Positions 8,553 through 18,046 of a stretch of DNA of 39,819 nucleotides are shown here, one piece after another. Where the stretch lies: positions 1 through 39,819 of the forward strand of contig JAJDCN010000339.1 in the NCBI GenBank assembly GCA_029260815.1, written 5' to 3'. The position numbers and the translations under genes were made by a program. How positions within the stretch are numbered: position 1 is the first letter of the stretch; the number at the start of each line of letters is the position of its first letter. This DNA is from Planctomycetota bacterium. Its GTDB lineage: Bacteria; Planctomycetota; B129-G9; JAJDCN01. The notes under the pieces were generated by a model. That model searched no databases and was not told the origin of the DNA. It saw only the letters and a list, made by a program, of their open reading frames with translations.

Positions 8553-10310
8553 ATGCGGGTATCAGCCAAGAAGGAAGGCTTCTCTGTGCACGCAATCTCG
8601 GGCACTCGTGCGGTCATCTTGGCCATGAACGCCCGGGAAGACGCTCTTCAGGACTTCCTCGGGTTCGGGATCGGCATTCGTTCGCCAGGCGATGGCGCGA
8701 TTCGCTGGCTACGAGGGTTCAAGTGTTTCGCGACGTTGGAGCCCACTCCGACGCGCGGCCAGCGGTTCGAGACCGTCGAACATCCCATTCAAGGCTTTAT
8801 GTGGGGACACTACTGGGCAGACCCCGATCAGGAGTATCGATACGTCGTACGTCCGCTGTTCTTGCCAGCGAGCGGCAAGTTGGACGACCTCAGGCACGGC
8901 GCGGATCTTGAGGTGACGATTCGCACCGAGAAGGAGGACTCCGGTACGCACTCCATCTACTTCAATCGCGGCGCGATCGTGAGCCAGGCGTACGCGGAGA
9001 AGTTCCAGAATGACAACAACCTGACCGCCGCCGAGCTGAAGGCCGAACTCAACGACAAGGATGCTGAGAGGACCAAGTGGCTCTCGCGCGGCCTGCTGGA
9101 GGGGGCACTGGGCTTCATTGCACAGGCGAAGTCGAGTCGATTCTCGCTGCACTGCTGCTTCTACGAGCTGACGTACCCTCCCATTCTGAAGGCGCTTGCT
9201 GATGCGGCCGCGGCGGGCGCCGAGGTGCAGGTCACCTTCGACGCCGACCACTTCAAGCGCAGCCGTAACCGCCGCGAAGAGTCCGCGCAGGGGAAGCGCA
9301 ACCGCGAAGCGATTGAAGCGTTCAAGGGGCGGCCGCGCTTGCACTTCAAGGAGCGGATCCACTACATCTCGCTGACGCACAACAAGTTCATGGTGCTGCT
9401 GGACAATGGGCGGCCCGTGCAGGTCTGGACGGGCTCCACCAACATCACCCCCTCCGGCTTCTGTGGTCAGTCGAACACGGGTCACGTCGTCCGCAATGAG
9501 GCCGTCGCGAAGCAGTTTGAGGACTACTTCACCCTGCTGGCTCGTGACGAACAGCGTGAGGCCCTAAAGGTGTTCACTGGCGCGGCCTCGCCCAACCCTC
9601 CCGACAGTTTGCCCCCAAACAGCATCACGACCCTGTTCAGCCCTCGTCGTGGCGAGTCGATGATGGATTGGTACGGGGGGCGCGTTGAGGGCGCCAAGCA
9701 GACGGTCATCCTCACCTCGGCGTTCGGCGTGACCACGAAGCTGGCGAAGTACTTCGACAATGACCGTGACTACCTGCGCTACATCCTGATGGAGCAGAAG
9801 AGCCGTGGGGCTGGCGCGCAAGCGATGATCGAGCGCGACAAGGACACGCGGATCGTCCTTGGCCAGGGCCTTGGCTACACAGGCTCCATGGGAAACTGGC
9901 GGAAGGTGCCAGGCTTCAAGCTTGAGGAGTGGATGTGGCGCGAGCATCACTACCGCAGCTCCGGGCACGTGTTCTTCATCCACACCAAGTACATGGGCAT
10001 CGATGTGCTTACTGATGACCCGATCGTGTTCACCGGCTCGGCCAACTTCTCGCCGAACTCCCTCACATCCAACGACGAGAACATGCTCCTGATCCGAGGA
10101 GACACTGGCGTAGCGGACGTGTACCTGACGGAGTTCTTCCGGCTGTTGAACCACTTCTACTTCCGCCAGGTCGCGAACCGGAGGGCGAGGGACGGAAAGA
10201 GCGATTCCGGCGTGCGTTGGCTGGCGGAGGACGACAGCTGGGTGTGGGGCCACTATCAGCCCAGCTACTACCGATCAAAGCGCCGGGAGTTGTTTGGCGT
10301 GCCAGCCTAG
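8553..10310 (+). CDS. Phospholipase D-superfamily protein (two HKD motifs), cytoplasmic
   Basis: HNKFMVLLD...WTGSTN and HTKYMGID...FTGSANFS...NDEN; GGAGAGG RBS before ATG 8553; no signal peptide seen. Confidence 0.9.
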   Translation: MRVSAKKEGFSVHAISGTRAVILAMNAREDALQDFLGFGIGIRSPGDGAIRWLRGFKCFATLEPTPTRGQRFETVEHPIQGFMWGHYWADPDQEYRYVVRPLFLPASGKLDDLRHGADLEVTIRTEKEDSGTHSIYFNRGAIVSQAYAEKFQNDNNLTAAELKAELNDKDAERTKWLSRGLLEGALGFIAQAKSSRFSLHCCFYELTYPPILKALADAAAAGAEVQVTFDADHFKRSRNRREESAQGKRNREAIEAFKGRPRLHFKERIHYISLTHNKFMVLLDNGRPVQVWTGSTNITPSGFCGQSNTGHVVRNEAVAKQFEDYFTLLARDEQREALKVFTGAASPNPPDSLPPNSITTLFSPRRGESMMDWYGGRVEGAKQTVILTSAFGVTTKLAKYFDNDRDYLRYILMEQKSRGAGAQAMIERDKDTRIVLGQGLGYTGSMGNWRKVPGFKLEEWMWREHHYRSSGHVFFIHTKYMGIDVLTDDPIVFTGSANFSPNSLTSNDENMLLIRGDTGVADVYLTEFFRLLNHFYFRQVANRRARDGKSDSGVRWLAEDDSWVWGHYQPSYYRSKRRELFGVPA

Positions 10311-10446
10311 TCGCTGCCGTGCGCCTGATAGGGCGCCGCCCACGCGGCTTGCCTGCTGCTAACCGCCCGCTACGCGGGCCTTCCGCGCGCGAGACTTCTC
10401 GCGTGTGTGAGGCAGCGACGGGAACGGTGGCCACAATGGTCGCAAG

Positions 10447-10532
10447 TGACCTGCCCCCAATGAAACGGTCCAGCTACAGGGGGGCAGGTCCCCAAACCCC
10501 AAGACCTGGACTGACATTCGAGGATCAGGTCA
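10447..10532. mobile_element. Miniature IS3-family (IS407-like) remnant consisting of terminal inverted repeats only
   Basis: Left TGACCTGCCCCCAATGAAACGGTCCAG versus reverse complement of right end TGACCTGATCCTCGAATGTCAGTCCAG (16/27 identical, TG...CA ends); internal GGGGGCAGGTC copy; no target duplication seen. Confidence 0.5.
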
Positions 10533-10679
10533 AGAGCCCACAACGCGCTACACTGATGAGTGTGGAATATCTGAGAATCAAACGGGCGCTCCTCTTGACG
10601 GGGCATTGTCGCCAGTCCCCGCGATCGACGGTGCGGCCATTGCCGTCCGCGAACGAATCACATCAGTGGGAGGAGTGAC

Positions 10680-13010
10680 GTGGGCGCCTTCGAACAAATC
10701 CACCATGACGCCGGGCGCTACTCGCCCGCTGCCGCGGCCGAGCGCTATGTTCTGCCGCCCACGGGCATGCCCTCTCCGGATCAGAACTACCTGATCATTG
10801 GACCCAGGGGCGCCGGCAAGACAATCATGTTGAAGACGATGTTCTCGCGGTGGTCCGCGCGAGGCGATCTCCTGCCAGCGTACATCGAGCTTGACCGCTG
10901 GATTCAGGGCTGCGCAAGTGAGGTGGGCCGCGAAGAGGAGTCCGTAACACCGCGTGTCAGAGTAATGACGGATTGTCTCCGCCTCGCTACAGCGATGGGC
11001 TTGATTCATGGCGTCGCCAAGGCGGCCGAAGCGCTGATTGGCCAAGACCTTGCAACTCAGATCGTTGTGCCAGCCTTGCAGTACTCGAATCTCAGCACCA
11101 ACGTTGAGGAGGCGGTTGGTTCGGTCCGCAAGACGATCAGGCGCTGCATCACCGGCTCTGACTCCGGCGCGCCGGAGCCCCCCCATATACCCGCAGTAGC
11201 CGAGATACTCGGTGAACAGGCTCGGGCGGTCGGCGGGCGTGAGCTAGTTCTGCTTGTCGATCAGATAGACCAAGCCCCGTCCAGGGTGTTCGGTCCGGTC
11301 ATCTCTCTCCTTCGTCGGCACACTCACTGCATCGCCATTCTAGCGACTCGTCCGTGTCCCACGGCTCCTCAGCCTGCATTCCTGCCAGGGGACTGTGTGG
11401 CTGGAGACTCGTACCAGGCATGGAATCTGGATAGAGAGTCATTGGGGGATCCGTGGCAGCGCTTCCTGGGTGAAGTGCTGGCCAAGCTCCCTCTCGATGG
11501 CGTCCAGTCCAGACTCCAGGAGAGTGTCGGCGTGCTAGCGAATCTGACCTGGCCGTCACTCCGATCCGCCATCCGGATTGCGAAGGCTACAGCGCGCATG
11601 GCACCAGCAAGCAGCTTCGACGTTGCATGGCAGCAAGCACTCGCCGACGAAGCGGCCAGTCACGAGAATCTCGTGGAGTCCGCCCTGAGCGCCTGGTGCG
11701 ATCCACATGCGGTTCTACGCGACTGGCGCAAACGGGCAGTCAAGAACGCTGAGGCACCCGAGGACATTCGGTCTGGGAAGGTGAGTATCCGGGCATTCAC
11801 TCGGTTGAAGCTCCAAGCAGATGTTCTGTTTGAGGTTGCGCCAACGCCCGCATCCAGGCTGATACGCGTGGCCCTCCAGGCCGGCGTACTATCACCGACG
11901 AGAGATGCGCCATATGTACTGGACCACATTCCCCGGCGGCTTGAGGTCTCGCCGCTGCTCTTTTACCCAATCCTGCCTGGTGTGCCGACGACCGCACGCA
12001 CCACACAAGCCGTGTGGGATACGACGAAGGAGCAACTGAAGCCGCTAATGCGCGCCGGATTTGCACCCAAGGCGCCGAGACTGAAGCGCCTCTTCGTCTC
12101 ACACTGGATGAGTGATTGGGGCGGAGACAGCCCTGAGCTGTTTGCGTCTCTGTCAAATGCACTGCATGGCGTGATCGACGTTCGAACGGGTGCCTCCGTC
12201 GACGGGAACTTGTCCACAACCATCCTCAGCCAACTCAAGGAGTGTGACGCGGTTGTGTGTGACTTTGGAACGCCTAGGAGAGAGGTGTATGTCGAGTACG
12301 GATGGGCGATTGGTAACGAAATGCCCGTCCTTCACGTTGTGGTAGACGAAGACTGCATCGAACGCCTTCCCCATTGGCTCGCCCATCTGACAGTCCGGCC
12401 GTATGGGAGAGAGACCGAGAGAGAGGCACTGGCAGCGCGTGTACGGGCACTTCTGAGCCGGCGCCTTAGCACGGAGGAGCAGTTCAAGTCTCTTGGACCA
12501 ACCACTCTCAGGCGCACGCCGGAACCAAACGTAGTCAGTGTCCTGACGTCGGCGGAGACGGAGAAGTCAGTGTTGCAACGCTGCCGGCCTCTCATCGAGG
12601 AACATGGCTTCGTAATGCGACACCTAGTGATCAACAGTAACGACCCGGGAATGCTTGCACAGACGATCCTGGCGGCTCGGTGCGCTGGTAGCCTTGTCAT
12701 CGCGCTAGATGGCTCGGAGCACGACTACCTCGGGCTGGTCGCCGCGGCCATACTCCACGCTCGACCGAGCATGCGGACTACGAAGGCTGCTCGAACGAGG
12801 CCCAAGGCGCGAAAGAAGGTCCAGTACTCAACCAAGCTCAGGACGGTGTTCGTTCTTCCAACAGAACCCAGCCTCGGACTGCCAAAGCTACTCACCGGGC
12901 ATCCACGGACTGTGGTGACTGCCGACTATTCGGAACTCAGAACAAAGCTCGGTCTGCGAATCGCAGAGCTTTCGAAGTGGTTGCGAGCTGCGGGCAGAAA
13001 GACAACATAG
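10680..13010 (+). CDS. ORC/CDC6-like (STAND-related) P-loop ATPase fused to C-terminal NDT/TIR-like Rossmannoid domain(s)
   Basis: Walker A LIIGPRGAGKT, Walker B LVLLVDQID, later LRSAIR; C-terminal LFVSHW...ILSQLKECDAVVCDFG...EVYVEYGWAIGNEMPVLHV resembles NDT/TIR-like folds; GGAGGAG RBS before GTG. Confidence 0.8.
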   Translation: MGAFEQIHHDAGRYSPAAAAERYVLPPTGMPSPDQNYLIIGPRGAGKTIMLKTMFSRWSARGDLLPAYIELDRWIQGCASEVGREEESVTPRVRVMTDCLRLATAMGLIHGVAKAAEALIGQDLATQIVVPALQYSNLSTNVEEAVGSVRKTIRRCITGSDSGAPEPPHIPAVAEILGEQARAVGGRELVLLVDQIDQAPSRVFGPVISLLRRHTHCIAILATRPCPTAPQPAFLPGDCVAGDSYQAWNLDRESLGDPWQRFLGEVLAKLPLDGVQSRLQESVGVLANLTWPSLRSAIRIAKATARMAPASSFDVAWQQALADEAASHENLVESALSAWCDPHAVLRDWRKRAVKNAEAPEDIRSGKVSIRAFTRLKLQADVLFEVAPTPASRLIRVALQAGVLSPTRDAPYVLDHIPRRLEVSPLLFYPILPGVPTTARTTQAVWDTTKEQLKPLMRAGFAPKAPRLKRLFVSHWMSDWGGDSPELFASLSNALHGVIDVRTGASVDGNLSTTILSQLKECDAVVCDFGTPRREVYVEYGWAIGNEMPVLHVVVDEDCIERLPHWLAHLTVRPYGRETEREALAARVRALLSRRLSTEEQFKSLGPTTLRRTPEPNVVSVLTSAETEKSVLQRCRPLIEEHGFVMRHLVINSNDPGMLAQTILAARCAGSLVIALDGSEHDYLGLVAAAILHARPSMRTTKAARTRPKARKKVQYSTKLRTVFVLPTEPSLGLPKLLTGHPRTVVTADYSELRTKLGLRIAELSKWLRAAGRKTT

Positions 13011-13994
13011 ATGTCGGCTGCGACCACCATGAGTAACTTCGTGGCCTCTAGGCCGAACTTGACCGGTCCGTTGTACTGGCTTGGTGCGGCAAGCTTTGAA
13101 GAGCGGTGCCTGGGCAGTGCGCGAGTACTCGCGGAATTCGGCGGGTCACTCGAAGCAGGGCTCATTGTCGACTACGCAACAAAGATAGAGCCGGGCGGCG
13201 CTGGACAGGAGCTTAGAGCCAAGTACCGGAAGGCACTGTTTGACAGCTTGCCTGCGCGGGACCTGCCTCTTCAAGCGTATCGCTTCGGTCCGATGATCGG
13301 GGCACTGGAGTCTATTGAGAGGTCATGGGGTGGCAATCGCGCCACTACGCTGGTTGTCGATGCCACATGCTTCACCAAGATCCACTCGGTAGCACTCGGG
13401 TACTGGCTTGCGACCCAGCGTTGCGTCAAGGATGTCCTGGTCGCGTACACTCGTCCAATTGAGTACGGCACAGAGGTAACGAACGTGCAGGCGCGTGGAA
13501 GGTGGGTAGAGACCATCGTTGCACCTCTGGGTTTCGACCCACAGCTCACGAGCGGCGAAACGACAGGACTACTCCTTCTAGGTCACGAGGGTAGCAGGTT
13601 GCGGCTCGCGGTTGATGCGCTTGAGCCCGACGGTGGTCTGGCAATCCTCGCAGGCGCTGAGGACAGCGCCCTCACTCGGATCTCGGAGTGGAAGAACGGG
13701 TGGTTGCTTGGGCAAGCTGCGGAGGATGGGATCGACCTTGAGACGGTCGACTTCTTCTCTGCGCAGGCAATGCGCAAGTCGGTCTCAGGCGTCGCCGCGC
13801 AGGCACGGGCCGCGAACGCTCGGATGGTCATCTATCCCTTCGGACCGAAGCCGCACGTGATTGCGGCGTCGTTCTACGCCGCAGTCCTGGCACCGCGGCG
13901 ATCCTGGATCAGCTACCCCGTACCCAAGTCGTACTCGTTGACGTACACGTCAGGGGTGGGGCTGACGTACTGGGCGAGCATTCGACTCAGTTAG
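13011..13994 (+). CDS. Putative tandem CARF-like Rossmann protein coupled to the ATPase
   Basis: ATG immediately follows the ATPase TAG. Two repeats: WLGAASFEER...LVVDATCFTK...VLVAYTRP and LLLLGHEGSR...LEPD...IYPFGPKP...ISYPVP. The ORF is solid; the fold call is an inference. Confidence 0.65.
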   Translation: MSAATTMSNFVASRPNLTGPLYWLGAASFEERCLGSARVLAEFGGSLEAGLIVDYATKIEPGGAGQELRAKYRKALFDSLPARDLPLQAYRFGPMIGALESIERSWGGNRATTLVVDATCFTKIHSVALGYWLATQRCVKDVLVAYTRPIEYGTEVTNVQARGRWVETIVAPLGFDPQLTSGETTGLLLLGHEGSRLRLAVDALEPDGGLAILAGAEDSALTRISEWKNGWLLGQAAEDGIDLETVDFFSAQAMRKSVSGVAAQARAANARMVIYPFGPKPHVIAASFYAAVLAPRRSWISYPVPKSYSLTYTSGVGLTYWASIRLS

Positions 13995-14074
13995 ACGCGT
14001 GTAGTTCACGTGTCGTTGAGCTTCCCCCGGTCTGGTGGACACCTACCCCGTGTGGATCTCAGTTGCCGCGAGCG

Positions 14075-14167
14075 CAGCCTGTCGAGCTGGGGGTCACTAC
14101 ATGGCGGGCGCCACGGATGGGGCTTCCCGAGGGGCCGCAGGGATGCTTGGGCGCATGCTTGTACACG
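14075..14167 (+). repeat. Cryptic internal att-like junction (core half-site plus arm repeats)
   Basis: CAGC-CTGTCGA-GCTGGGGGTCACT: 6/7 match to the anticodon-loop overlap TTGTCGA, then the exact reverse complement of core arm AGTGACCCCCAGC; arm tandem TGCTTGGGCGCA-TGCTTGTACACG starts 59 nt after the overlap (61 nt at the left end). Confidence 0.75.
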
Positions 14168-14289
14168 AATCGCGGCCGGAGGATTTCGTGATGCTATCGG
14201 TCGAGCTGTTGCTTGCGTCGAGGGATTCCACGAACTCACGAATGCTCATCTTCGCCGGGAGGGTGACCATGCAGAGCTCGCACGAGTGA
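14155..14289 (+). CDS. Small att-adjacent ORF, homolog of 209-358
   Basis: MLVHESRPEDFVMLSVELLLASRDSTNSRMLIFAGRV; same position relative to arm repeats as ORF 209-358. Could be a decayed copy. Confidence 0.45.
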   Translation: MLVHESRPEDFVMLSVELLLASRDSTNSRMLIFAGRVTMQSSHE

Positions 14290-14449
14290 CCTAGGTAGCT
14301 GGGGCAGGTCACTGGGCCAGTACAGGCTTCCCACCAGGTTGCCCAAGACCCCGTTCAGGTCCATGCCGTGCTTCGCTCTCGCGATGACTGGCACTCAGCG
14401 GACTTGGACCTCATGACAAGGTTGGCCAGGCGCGGTAGGTTGACGCGCT

Positions 14450-17400
14450 GTGGGGAAACGCTACGCCGTCATCGCCTTGATGCTCTTGGCCGGAATCGGG
14501 GCATGGCTTTGGCCCATGGCGGAGGATGAGGACCCCTGGGCATTCTCCATCGATGTCCCGTACACGGATGAGACCAACCCCTTCACGGAGGAGCGGCTGA
14601 GGGCGCGGCTCGCGCGAATCACTCCGCTCGTGGAAGAGGTCGTGGGGCAGGCGATTCGGACGGACGAGCTGCGGATCACCATCGCGGACGGTTTCGTGGC
14701 CGCGCACCGGGAGCTTCAAGAGGCCTACCCGCACCTGCTCGATCCGACCGGGCCTGATTACGCCTTCGTGCCACTCTTCCTGACGTACCTGAACTTGCAG
14801 GAACAGTGGGCTTCCCTGCTCGGCCGGTATGTGCCGCAAGCGAAGACGATCGAGTTCTACCCATTCATGTTCGAAGCCATCGAGCCCGAGGACCTGGACG
14901 CCCTGATCGACGTGATCCTTGCGCATGAGCTTGCCCACGTCTGGCAGGACCAGAGGTTCGGCGCGTTCGAGCACGAGGGCGTGGAAGACACGACGGAGAC
15001 CGCTCTCGCACGGGCTGCCGTCGTGGAGGGCACGGCCGAGTTCGTCTCGCGGGAGGTTGCCAAGCGCCTGGACGCTGTCTCTTCCTTCGACCTGGTGGCG
15101 TCCAAACGAGACGAGCAGACGGAGAAGAGGACCGGGACGCCGACGCAGCGGGCCATCGCAAGGTGGCAGCGTTGGGCCTACGGGGAGGGCCTGCGGTTTG
15201 TCGAGACGGTGCATGCCGAGCTTGGGGCCCCGGCGACCTGGCAGCGGTTGTTCGGCGCGATGCCGTCGAGCGTTTGGAGCATCGAGCATCCGAAGGCGTG
15301 GGCTGAGCGCCCTGGCACACCGAGCGCCGACCTGGATGCTTGGGCAAGCCGCCTGCTCTCGATCCTGGAGGCCCATCGGCCGAGGTTCGACTCGCAGCGC
15401 AAGTGGGGGCATCGACCGCTGATCCGGGAAGACGTCGTTGAGCGTCTGGGCTCGGCCGGCCTGTCGATGGTGTCAGGTCCCTGGGAACGACTCCAAGGAG
15501 GCGTCCTCTTTGCCGGCACTCCGAAGCGCGGTCCTCTGGCTGGAACCAGCTTCCTGCTTCGGGCATGGCGGTTCCCCACGGACGGCGATGCGCTCGAAGC
15601 ACGCGCGGCACTTGAGGGTGCCTTCGCGAGACTCGGCCCCCGGGCCTGGGCGGGCAAGGACGTCGAACAGACTCTTGGAGCGACACGTGTACGCGTGGGG
15701 CCGAACGGCGCCGTCGTGCGTTCATCGCTTGTCTTCGATGACGCTCCCTTGCACGCCCACGAGGGGGCGTGGGGTCTGCACGGACACGGGTCGATGGTGT
15801 TCGAGGTCATCGGTTGGCGCGATGGAATCGGACCTGCGCTCCTGGACATCTTGGACGCGGCCGTCAGGGCCGTGACGGATGGGGAAGCGATCGACCTCGC
15901 GATCGGCGGTGTCGCCACGGCGGAAAGTCCCTACGTCAAGCTGGGGGAACTGCGAGGCGGCTCGTCCGCAGGGCCGGCGCCCTTGGGTGCAGAGACGCTC
16001 GCAGCCCTCCGTGACGAGTGGATCGCTCGCGTCCTAGCCGGCAACACGGGCGAACGCGCACTTCTCCAGTGGCTTCAAGCAGAGCCAAGGCCGCCCGCAG
16101 CGTGGATGACCGCTGTTGGCCCGGCCGCTGGTGAGGAGGAGCTGGAGGGAGTCGAGAGGGGCCGCCTCCTTCTGGCCGCCCTCCTGCACGAGGATGCCGA
16201 GCTCAGGCGGTTTGCCCTCGGTGCTATTGCGGAGCGGCGTTGTCGCCTGCCCCCGTGGAGTGCGGATGTCGTAGCTCGGATCGCCCTTCTGACCGGCGAC
16301 GAGGACCCCTGGGTGCGGGCCGTGGCCGTTCGAGCGGCCGAGGCCATGGCCAAGCAGAAGCCGTTGGGTGAAGCTCGGATCGATGCCTTGGCGTCAGATG
16401 CTTCCCCGGCGGTGCGCGCAAGCCTGGCCGTGAGTCGGGGGGTGCTGAAGACGCGTAGGCGCTCGGTGCTTGCGCAACTCGCAGCGGACTCTCACCTGGC
16501 CGTGAAGCGAGCAGCAGATGCCGAAGATCCTGACCAGGGGAAGGGGACAGGGGCCTTCGTGGATCGGGTGTTGGAGATCTCCCGGCGGAAGGACGGAGAG
16601 GCGCCTGCTCCGCGTGAGGACGGCCCGGTCGATCCGACCGCCGCGTTCAACGTCATGTTCGAGGCGATGCTGACGAACTCCATGGGCAAGAACCAGGAGG
16701 AGTTGGAGCGCCGCATTCGCCGATTCCTCGTGGAGGGCGATGCCTCTGTCCGCGTCATGGCACTCCAAGCCATCCAGTTCATGGGAGGCGCCCGCCAGCG
16801 CTTCCTCCCCGAGCTCGTGCGAGCCTTCGATGTGGCTCTTCCCCGCCACGGGGCGTCGATGACGCTCTGCAAAGGTGGTCTTGACCTGACCCCTGCGCGA
16901 CGTCACCTGCTTGCCATGGTGGCCCACCCGTGGTGGCGGGTACATGTGCTCCGCGCGATCGCCGCGAACGAGCTCGACCTGCCGGAGGACGTCTCCAAGC
17001 AGGTGACCGACTGGATGGGCTCTCGCGACCTGCTGTTGCGCGCTGCGTCCGCTCTGCTTGTCTTGCGGCTGGATGCCGATGACGCGAAGCCCCTGAAGGT
17101 GCTCGAAGGTGCCTGGGCGGCGCTTCCCTCCGACTGGCGCGTGCAGGCCCTCGAGGCTGTGAGGACGCACCGACCCGGGAGCAGCGCGGCTGCCCGGCTT
17201 GAGCAACGGGCGCTGTACTCGGGCTTCCGCGAGGAGAGAAACGTCGTGTTCGACGCGCACAGGGACGGGACGTTCGACGAGCCGTACGTGCGGGCGCTCC
17301 TGGACGGCATGGCCCGTTCCAGTCCCGAGGTCGTGGAGGAGTACTGGTCGCACATCCTGGACAAGGCGTGGGATCCGGGCGACGAGGAACTGCAGCTGAT

Positions 17401-18046
17401 CCGACGGTTGCTTGCTGAGTACCTCCGGCGGTGGCGGACCGGTGGAGGGCTGCCGAAGATCGCTAGCTCGGGCCTGTTTCGATCCTCCTGGCCTGATCTC
17501 GGCAAGTCGAAGCCGTTCGTCGAAGAGGTCGATCGGTGTCTTCTGGACGAGCGCCCGTCCAATCTGAAGTTCGCGCTCGCGATGATTCGGTCCCTTGCAG
17601 AGGCGGAGGCCTATCCCGAGTCGCGCGAGGTGCGCGATGCGGTGAACCGTCTCCTCTCCCTGCAAGACGCCCCTGCCGACTTCCCACGACATGTGGAGGA
17701 CGACTTCGTACAGGTGCTCGGGGAGCGAGAGGGAGTCGATGCGACGGCCGTCAAGGCGGTGCTGCGTCGTTTCGCGTGGTCGGGATCGAGTGACGAGTCC
17801 TACATCGACGTCGAGGACTTCATCAAGGGCCACGCCGATCGCATGACCGCAGCCGTCGAGTTGGTGCCGGAGCTTCTCGACACGGGGACCGAACGAAGTG
17901 TAGAGGCAGCCCTCGAGGTTTTGAACATCGTCGGTCCGAAGGCCAGGCACCTGCTGCCGCGACTTCGTGGGCTGTCGAGGAGGGCCCTTCCCACGTGGCG
18001 CGAACGGCTCCAAGATGCCATCTTGTCGATTGAGGAGGACGACTAG
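14450..18046 (+). CDS. Exported/membrane-anchored zincin metallopeptidase-like protein with C-terminal HEAT-like repeats
   Basis: N-terminal hydrophobic segment; ILAHELAHVWQDQ (HExxH) with downstream VVEGTAE third-ligand motif; HEAT-like repeats DEDPWVRAVAVRA, DASPAVRASLA, DASVRVMALQAI. Confidence 0.85.
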   Translation: MGKRYAVIALMLLAGIGAWLWPMAEDEDPWAFSIDVPYTDETNPFTEERLRARLARITPLVEEVVGQAIRTDELRITIADGFVAAHRELQEAYPHLLDPTGPDYAFVPLFLTYLNLQEQWASLLGRYVPQAKTIEFYPFMFEAIEPEDLDALIDVILAHELAHVWQDQRFGAFEHEGVEDTTETALARAAVVEGTAEFVSREVAKRLDAVSSFDLVASKRDEQTEKRTGTPTQRAIARWQRWAYGEGLRFVETVHAELGAPATWQRLFGAMPSSVWSIEHPKAWAERPGTPSADLDAWASRLLSILEAHRPRFDSQRKWGHRPLIREDVVERLGSAGLSMVSGPWERLQGGVLFAGTPKRGPLAGTSFLLRAWRFPTDGDALEARAALEGAFARLGPRAWAGKDVEQTLGATRVRVGPNGAVVRSSLVFDDAPLHAHEGAWGLHGHGSMVFEVIGWRDGIGPALLDILDAAVRAVTDGEAIDLAIGGVATAESPYVKLGELRGGSSAGPAPLGAETLAALRDEWIARVLAGNTGERALLQWLQAEPRPPAAWMTAVGPAAGEEELEGVERGRLLLAALLHEDAELRRFALGAIAERRCRLPPWSADVVARIALLTGDEDPWVRAVAVRAAEAMAKQKPLGEARIDALASDASPAVRASLAVSRGVLKTRRRSVLAQLAADSHLAVKRAADAEDPDQGKGTGAFVDRVLEISRRKDGEAPAPREDGPVDPTAAFNVMFEAMLTNSMGKNQEELERRIRRFLVEGDASVRVMALQAIQFMGGARQRFLPELVRAFDVALPRHGASMTLCKGGLDLTPARRHLLAMVAHPWWRVHVLRAIAANELDLPEDVSKQVTDWMGSRDLLLRAASALLVLRLDADDAKPLKVLEGAWAALPSDWRVQALEAVRTHRPGSSAAARLEQRALYSGFREERNVVFDAHRDGTFDEPYVRALLDGMARSSPEVVEEYWSHILDKAWDPGDEELQLIRRLLAEYLRRWRTGGGLPKIASSGLFRSSWPDLGKSKPFVEEVDRCLLDERPSNLKFALAMIRSLAEAEAYPESREVRDAVNRLLSLQDAPADFPRHVEDDFVQVLGEREGVDATAVKAVLRRFAWSGSSDESYIDVEDFIKGHADRMTAAVELVPELLDTGTERSVEAALEVLNIVGPKARHLLPRLRGLSRRALPTWRERLQDAILSIEEDD

